A stretch of 64,000 nucleotides of DNA from Enoplolaimus lenunculus (Eukaryota). Numbering within the stretch: position 1 is the stretch's first letter; each line of letters starts with the position of its first letter. Shown here one piece after another: positions 57,520-64,000 of the stretch. The stretch spans positions 434,001 through 498,000 of the forward strand of contig JASANG010004131.1 in assembly GCA_030248215.1 (NCBI GenBank), given 5' to 3'. Below the pieces are notes generated by a model. That model saw only the letters and a list, made by a program, of their open reading frames with translations. It was not told the DNA's origin and did not search any database. The translations under genes were made by a program, and so were the position numbers.

Positions 57520-57877
57520 CAGTGGCAGATCGAGAAATTTCTGGTGGGAAGGTGCACAAGTTGAAAATGTTAAGTTTTGGGACAGTTCATACATATTTTT
57601 ACTCACATAAAAACAGCCACCAGTCGCACACAAACTCGCTCGCAGTGCCGGAGCAGACAGGGGAGTTGACTCCCCCAAACTCGCAGGCGAAGCGAGCGAG
57701 AAGACAGACGAACTTGTCAAAGAACATAGAAAATTAGTTGTGCTCAATTTTGTCTTCAAACAACTGTAAAATTTTGAGATATCGGAACAAAACTTAAGTT
57801 CGATTTTAACCCTGAAAAAATTTATACTCGGCAGCCGCTGGGGGGATGTATCCCCATCCCCCCTGGATCCGCTCCTG
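57520..57877. mobile_element. hAT-like MITE (CAGTGGC family)
   Basis: CAGTGGCAGATC ... GATCCGCTCCTG; perfect TSD GTTTCAGT. Confidence 0.82.
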
Positions 57878-58367
57878 GTTTCAGTTGTATCAATTCGTTT
57901 CGTATTTGAAATTACAGGGATATATACTACAGAAGCAAATTTTTAATTGTATTGTTTAATACTGGTTATATTGAATTCGCGTTAAAGACTACATGAATTC
58001 TTTGATTCCAGAAAGACTTTCATCATTGCCTGCTAGCAACGGCTCAAGAACCAGGTTCGCAACTACGACAGCGAGCCCGTTTTAATGATTTTGGCACGTA
58101 TTGGATAAAAAGTTTTCCACGGCTTAAAAATTCTACATTTACAAAAACGTTGCTTTACCCTCTCGATTACGATATCTCGGTCTCTTCTAATGGCTCTATA
58201 CCGGTTGTGGGGCACCGCTCATTATGATACGCTATCGTACATGAGTAATTCGTGTACGATATCGAACGGTAACGGACGGCGACGAACAGCGACGAACGGC
58301 GCCGGATGTCATCCAAAGCATAGCGTCACGCTTATATTAAATTTGTAATTGCGGGACTACCAGAAAT

Positions 58368-59348
58368 CAGGGTTGTTGGCCGGAAAAATAATGTTTTCCC
58401 TTTTTTTCCATTTTTTCTGAGGGGCGTGGAAAAAAATGGACAAATATTAAACGATTCTTAAATATAATTTGCAACTAAATATGATATAAAATAACGTTTT
58501 TTGATGACATGTAACTAATTTTCATGTAACACATTAAAAGCGACCGTGTGTATAATGTCCACCAGGACACACGTAAAACTACATATGCAACTTGCTCGGT
58601 TCACTCAGCAAGTTTCGTCGACAGTGGGGCCAAAGTTAGGGTGCTCAAATTTGGAAGCCTGGTTTTACCGTATGAGTTAACACAAGAATACGTCTAGCTT
58701 CATCCTTGCTTTGCTCGCGAGGTTGCAGCAATTGGGAGGCTTTGATGTCAGAAAAAACCCAACAGTATCTTGGGATTTAATATATACTTACAAAAAACAA
58801 GTGTGACTTGTTTAGCTCGCTCCACTCATGAGTTTCTAATGTTCTGATGACCTCCTCCGATTATTCCATGCCGCAACTTAAATTTTTAAAAAACTCGAAT
58901 TTTAAGGTCCAAATTCATCCACAGACTCAAAATGTTTTTGCCGAAAAACTATACAAATTATATACCATTTGACACAGGTTACAGAGCTAAGACGAATATT
59001 GTTAAATGTTTCCCAATCAAGTGTCTGCCTAACGAGTCACTGATATATAATTTGTCCAACTTGTGAAAAAAGTTTTTGAGTCCCAGGAGGCTGAGCTTTG
59101 GCCTTAAAAATCGAATTTTACAAAAGTTCTGATTTGGGCATGGAATGATCAGAGGAAGTCATCAGAAGCTCAAATATGCAAAAAGTTTCAAAATGCGAGC
59201 ATTTTTGGTCAAACGACGGCTAAGGGTGCGCTAACCGATCACTCAGACAAAGAATGAATTTTTCCATTTTTTCCATTTTTTCCGGAAAAAAATGTAAAAA
59301 AATTCATTTTTTTCCCGGTCATAATTTTTTCCAGAAAAAACAATCCTG
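58368..59348. mobile_element. hAT-like non-autonomous element, 981 bp
   Basis: CAGGGTTG ... CAATCCTG; perfect TSD CCAGAAAT. The right end is homologous (inverted) to 18790-19450. Confidence 0.85.
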
Positions 59349-60811
59349 CCAGAAATACTGTTTAAATCTTGTTTTTGTGAAACTCAACAAAATAATTCTC
59401 AAAAGCGTTGATTTAGCATGTATATATAATATGGACATCGTAGTATGCAAATATGCGCACCCACCCCATGGGCATCCAGTAGCGAAACACATTGGTGACT
59501 TTCAATAGCATGCTGGATTAAACGATTGACCAGAAATTAAATCCAGTACTGATGAACATTGTTATCCTTTGGGACGCAACACAAAAACAAACTGTATTTT
59601 CTAAATTAAATGATAAAAGTCAAACGAGTAAAAATTGTTACTCGCGTTTGCGTTGTTCAACTCAACGCGTGAGCAGACCAGTGGTCGCGGTTGATTAATT
59701 CAATTGCGCGATTCAATTATACGTATTTGATAATAAAAGTAAACTTCAAAAATTACTTAGCTACTCGATGTAGTGCGCTGTTTGGCAAATTATTTTTTTG
59801 ATGATGAGAATTTTGTTTACCTATAGATTTAGCTCAAACATACTCTTAAATTTTTAAAGTACGTTCATTTTTGAGGTTGATGGTTGTACAAGTTTGGTGA
59901 AATCTAAATTCAACTAAATCAACGAACACCAATCGTATACGCTTGAAGCAAGCATATCGCATGAAAGAAGATAATAATTTAGCCGAACCGTGCTTATAAA
60001 TATCGTGTATACAAAAATTTGACTCTACATTCGTACGTAGACCAAAAACATGTTAGTATGCACTATGCAAGACTTAAAGTGAAAGGCAGTTTCCTTCGTC
60101 CCCTCAGTGATTAACGGTGCGAGGGTTGAGCCAAAACTCACGGTCTGTCGGGCTTTGATGGTATCAGCCTATTTTAATAATTAGTTTATAACTTAATTAC
60201 AATGACCTCAATTGTATACAGAAACCCACTCACGCTGAGCGCGATGCGTTTTGAAGCCAAAAATAAGACGAGCCATGTTAACTATAAGATTCTGTCTACT
60301 AAGCGTAAGCCTAAAGCTAAGACTAAGCTCATGATAAGCTGTGGGGGCGCATCCAGAAAACCCCAGTCGGAAAATTTTTTAATATAAAATGAAATTACGT
60401 TTGTCTTCTCGCTTGCGAGTGTTTTTTACAATACATATCGAACTTACACGCGGCAGAAATTTGTGGATTTTCCGCTGAATATAAGCCTAAACCTAAACCC
60501 ATTACGTCCAATTTAAAAATGCACCAGTTTCTCTGTCACCCAATGGGCAGGCTCTGGCCAAAGAACTATAGAAGATATAACACAATGCCACATCCGTTTA
60601 AGTGTTAGAATTGATTTTCCTAGAAAGTGAAAACTAACGTTTAAGTTTAAATAAAGGTTTAGTCATATACAAGTAAACGTTCTCCGAAACCTAAGCCTAA
60701 GCCTAAGCGTAAATTAGTGTGAAAATGTACAAAAACATTAAACTGCATAAAAACGTTTTAATGAACAATTAAAAACACTGTTACTTTATAACCAATTCAG
60801 ATAACATTTTC

Positions 60812-60995
60812 GGCCCATGTAAAGATTTAGGGGCGGAACGTTTTTCTGTGGGACTAGTAAAGAGTAAGCTTAAGCTTTAGACTAATTTTTTGTTCGGCTT
60901 AGGCTTAGGGTTAGGCTTAGGAATATGATCATTCTTAGGCTTAGGCTTATGAATATGCCTGTAATACTGTTCCGCCCCTGTTCTTTACATTGACC
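60812..60995. mobile_element. GGCC-ended MITE with (TTAGGC)n-like core
   Basis: Colinear with 1829-2036; TSD ACATTTTC/ATATTTTC. Confidence 0.78.
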
Positions 60996-61022
60996 ATATT
61001 TTCTAAGGAATATTCAACTTAC

Positions 61023-61212
61023 CAAATCAGTATCCATCCATTGTTTACGATTTGGCGTATCTTTAATCAGAGATGCGTTTGATGTTTCTTGTTCAAGTGC
61101 GTTCACGCGTTTCTCGATATCTCGCAACCAGTCCATGAAATCATCAACAGCGCTTGAAAAGTCTTTTCGGCCTCGAAGCGACGCCTCAAGGACCGCACGC
61201 CTGACACGAATA
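61023..61212 (-). CDS. dys-1: dystrophin exon (IRVRRAVLEASLRGRKDFSSAVDDFMDWLRDIE...KQWMDTDL)
   Basis: TTTTCAG/GTAAGT sites; 190 nt; ends in phase 0 and continues into 26216. Confidence 0.93.
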
Positions 61213-61860
61213 CTGAAAAATATAATTTTAAAATCAGAAAAGTTTTAACAAAAATTGTTCAATAAAATATGCGTTAGACCAAAATTACGCAAGTAAAAAT
61301 TGTTCACGTAAACAAAATGGCAAATCGAAAAAACATCGTTTACATATATACAGTTCTATCAGATCTGATTGACTCTAACATTTATAGCTTAAGTTTATTC
61401 AGAATCAAATTGAAATCATTAGTGGCCAAAGAGGGCGATTTGTATTCGGAACAACCCATTTGCTTACAAAGCCACAGAAAAATGATAAAAAGTTTGGCCA
61501 AAGTACTAAAACTGGTTTATGAATTTTTTAAAAAACCAACAATTAATTTTGGAAACCATATTGACACACTCGCAACCAGCGACTGCAATCAGTGACGCCC
61601 AGAGAAACATCCTATTCTACTCCTGTACATTTACTGGTTTTTTTGGTCATCCTGAAATTTACATTTTTTATTTTACCACAATTTGAAATTATTTCAAAAA
61701 TTATTTTTTATTCAAAACGCAAACAATCGAGTTCTCTTAATGATGCCGAACTTAAATTTTTGGCCCCGGAGACAAACATGTTTATCGGTGACCCCTTGCC
61801 ACACTCCGGTAAGTACAGCCCTGAGACTGTGATTATATTTAAACCTGTAGTACAACTTAC

Positions 61861-62015
61861 GTATCGTTAACGTGAGCCCATTTGCTGTTCAGTGTTGATG
61901 ATATTCGACTGACGTTTGTCGAATCTTCGTTGGAGTAAGTTTCAATGAGATGATTCGAACGTTCGTTGATTTCTTTCATCTTTTTACGATACTCGTCCAG
62001 TTCGGGTAAAATAGC
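61861..62015 (-). CDS. dys-1: dystrophin exon (AILPELDEYRKKMKEINERSNHLIETY...LNSKWAHVNDT)
   Basis: CTTCAG/GTAAGT sites; 155 nt; spectrin repeat helices. Confidence 0.92.
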
Positions 62016-62129
62016 CTGAAGTCAATGTTGCAATTGAGGAAAATAATCGCAGTCCCGCAACCATTACTTGATACAATCGACAGTTTCAAGGTCGAAAAAA
62101 TTTGGTTCATTCGGACTCAGATAAGGTAG

Positions 62130-62201
62130 CAACAAACAAACAAACAAACAAACAAACAAACAAACAAACAAACAAACTAACTAACAAACAAACAAACAAA
62201 C

Positions 62202-62257
<56 letters not shown>

Positions 62258-62342
62258 AACCAACCAACCAAACGAACAAACAAACAAACAAACAAACAAA
62301 CAAACAAACAAACAAATAAACATACAAACAACAAACAAACAA
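62130..62342. repeat. (AAAC)n/(AACT)n microsatellite
   Basis: Direct reading. Confidence 0.92.
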
Positions 62343-63119
62343 ATTAGGACAAAAGAATCAATGGTGTAAAATCTCAAAACACTATTTAGTTTGAAAGAAA
62401 TAATTTAGTATAATCCCGTCAGCTTGAGTCGAACGGTGGAAAATATTTTAGACGCAATCCTTCGTAAGCCGATATCAGAAGAGTTTTCAACTGCTATTTG
62501 ATATCAGTTGCTGATGAAGAGATGTCACTAATCCAACTGATTTATTTGAGATAAATAGCCTCTATCTTGTTCAAAATCTTTGAATTCCATCATGCTAAGC
62601 AGTTTCTTAGAAACGGATAAGTTACGGTATATGCAAAAACGTTTGAAGTCAAGCAATTCTCAGATTCTTAACAGCAGAAATGTCAAAATCGATCCTTCGA
62701 TTGTCGTTTGGAAAAATTACCGGAATTCAAATGGCCCATGTTACTTTGAAGGGTGTCCCGGTTTCTGGCGGGTCTATAAAATAGCAGGTTTTGGTTCTAG
62801 ATTACATTTTTTTGCTGAGTCAACTTGTTCTTCTTGAGCTCGCATTAACGCCTCACGTAAGCTGAAAAAATTTCCGTTATAAGCAGTGTTGCAATAATGA
62901 AATATCGGCTCATGTTACCTTAGGGGGCGTCCCGGTTTCTGGTGGGTCTATAAAATAGCAAGTTTTGGTTCTAGATTACATTTTTTGCTTTTGCTTTTGC
63001 TTAGGCTTAGGCTTAGGCTTAGGCTTAGAAACTATTCAAATAATGAACCAACTAAACGTTTTATGATTTGGCAACCTTAAAAAACAACCACAATAAACAT
63101 CAAAATAAGGCTTATATAC

Positions 63120-63331
63120 CTCAAGCAATTTCAACTCGCGTTGCAACTCGTCCATTGTGAGCTCGGGAACTTTGCGTCCAGTCGCTTTCTCACATGTATC
63201 GCTCAGCCACAACTCTAACTCAAGTCGAAGATTATCCCACGTACGAATGTCTTCTGCCATTCGGGCCAGTTCTTTCTTGCGTCGCGTTGTCCAATGAACT
63301 GCGCGTTCCCATTCTCGGCAAAGAATTTCAG
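63120..63331 (-). CDS. dys-1: dystrophin exon (EILCREWERAVHWTTRRKKELARMAEDIRTWDNLRLELELWL...LKLLE); the gene continues upstream of this exon, probably beyond the window
   Basis: TTTCAG/GTATAT sites; 212 nt; spectrin repeat Trp pattern. Confidence 0.9.
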
Positions 63332-64000
63332 CTGAAATGTAAAGAATAAGACGATTGTCTGTCTAGGTAGGAACCGGGACTTCAGAGCTTTTTAACAGCT
63401 GGAAACGCGGTCTACGCATGGCTTCGAACTAGTGGCCTTAGTAAATGAAAACTGAAAATTATCAGTTAAACAGGATATACAAATAATTTTCAACGCTAAA
63501 ATTTTCCAGCCGATTTGCGCTTGAACGCCGCCAAAATCACTGAGATATAAAGCCAACTCAAAAGTTCTAATTAATTTCGCTTCTTAAAATCGAATCACGG
63601 AAACATTAAAACCAAACTCAAACAGATAAACCAAGGTTTAAACTACCATTCAATAAAGTAAACAACATACAATTAGGAAAATTATTCGTTCAAGAATATT
63701 AGATCGAGTTTACCTTGTTCAACGACGACTTGCAATAAAATTGTAAAGCCCAATTAAACACGTGCAAGTTTTTGCATCGAGTACTCGCAGCTGCAACTTG
63801 CACGAAATATTTGCAACTGCAAGTATTTTCATACGAGCATTCCGATTGACCAATCAAACTGCAGGTGCAAGAAATTCAAACGACTTGCAACTGCGTTCCC
63901 ATGCGCGAATTAGATTCAATAGCATGAATTCCGGTGAATAATTTAAAGATGCAAGAATATCAAAGCTGCTCTGTGACCAAACTTATACATGCAAGTTACA

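Noticed and set aside
62400..62862. Possible decayed coding relic (LREALMRAQEEQVD..., PVIFPNDNRRIDFDI...) split by a MITE
   Set aside because: Multiple stops, no identifiable family, and the flanking dystrophin exons join in frame without it.
62995..63030. (TTAGGC)n run as a true telomere or healed break
   Set aside because: Only about 4-5 units, internal to a MITE fragment in an intron, with the gene continuing on both sides.

Overview
Eukaryotic, AT-rich, repeat-rich DNA, very probably from a nematode. The evidence is TTTCAG-type splice acceptors, degenerate TTAGGC telomere-type repeats and a dystrophin resembling nematode DYS-1. Two spliced genes lie on the minus strand. (1) The 3' part of a dystrophin gene: 20 exons reconstructed by hand from 63331 down to the stop at 13060, all GT-AG and phase-compatible. 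They cover the last spectrin repeats, WW, EF-hands, ZZ, the coiled coils and the C-terminal helix. (2) A complete 3-exon 3-beta-HSD-like extended SDR gene (6217-2128, 384 aa). Main observation: the 34.8-kb dystrophin intron (26217-61022) lies at the position of human DMD intron 55, which hosts the Dp116 first exon. It contains a 3.9-kb ORF (ATG 32092) that ends at a consensus donor (28175, GTGAGT) in phase with the next dystrophin exon. This predicts a Dp116-type short isoform with a unique 1306-aa poly-Asn/low-complexity N-terminus (about 2350 aa in total). Many exon lengths equal the human DMD exon lengths as I recall them. The rest of the window holds non-autonomous DNA transposons (hAT-like, GGCC-ended 8-bp-TSD elements carrying telomere-like repeats, 7-bp-TSD, TA-TSD and TTAA-TSD families), tandem arrays of 94, 103 and 25 bp, and microsatellites. 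No rRNA, tRNA or CRISPR was seen. All calls are manual, and human/fly comparisons come from memory, not from a search.
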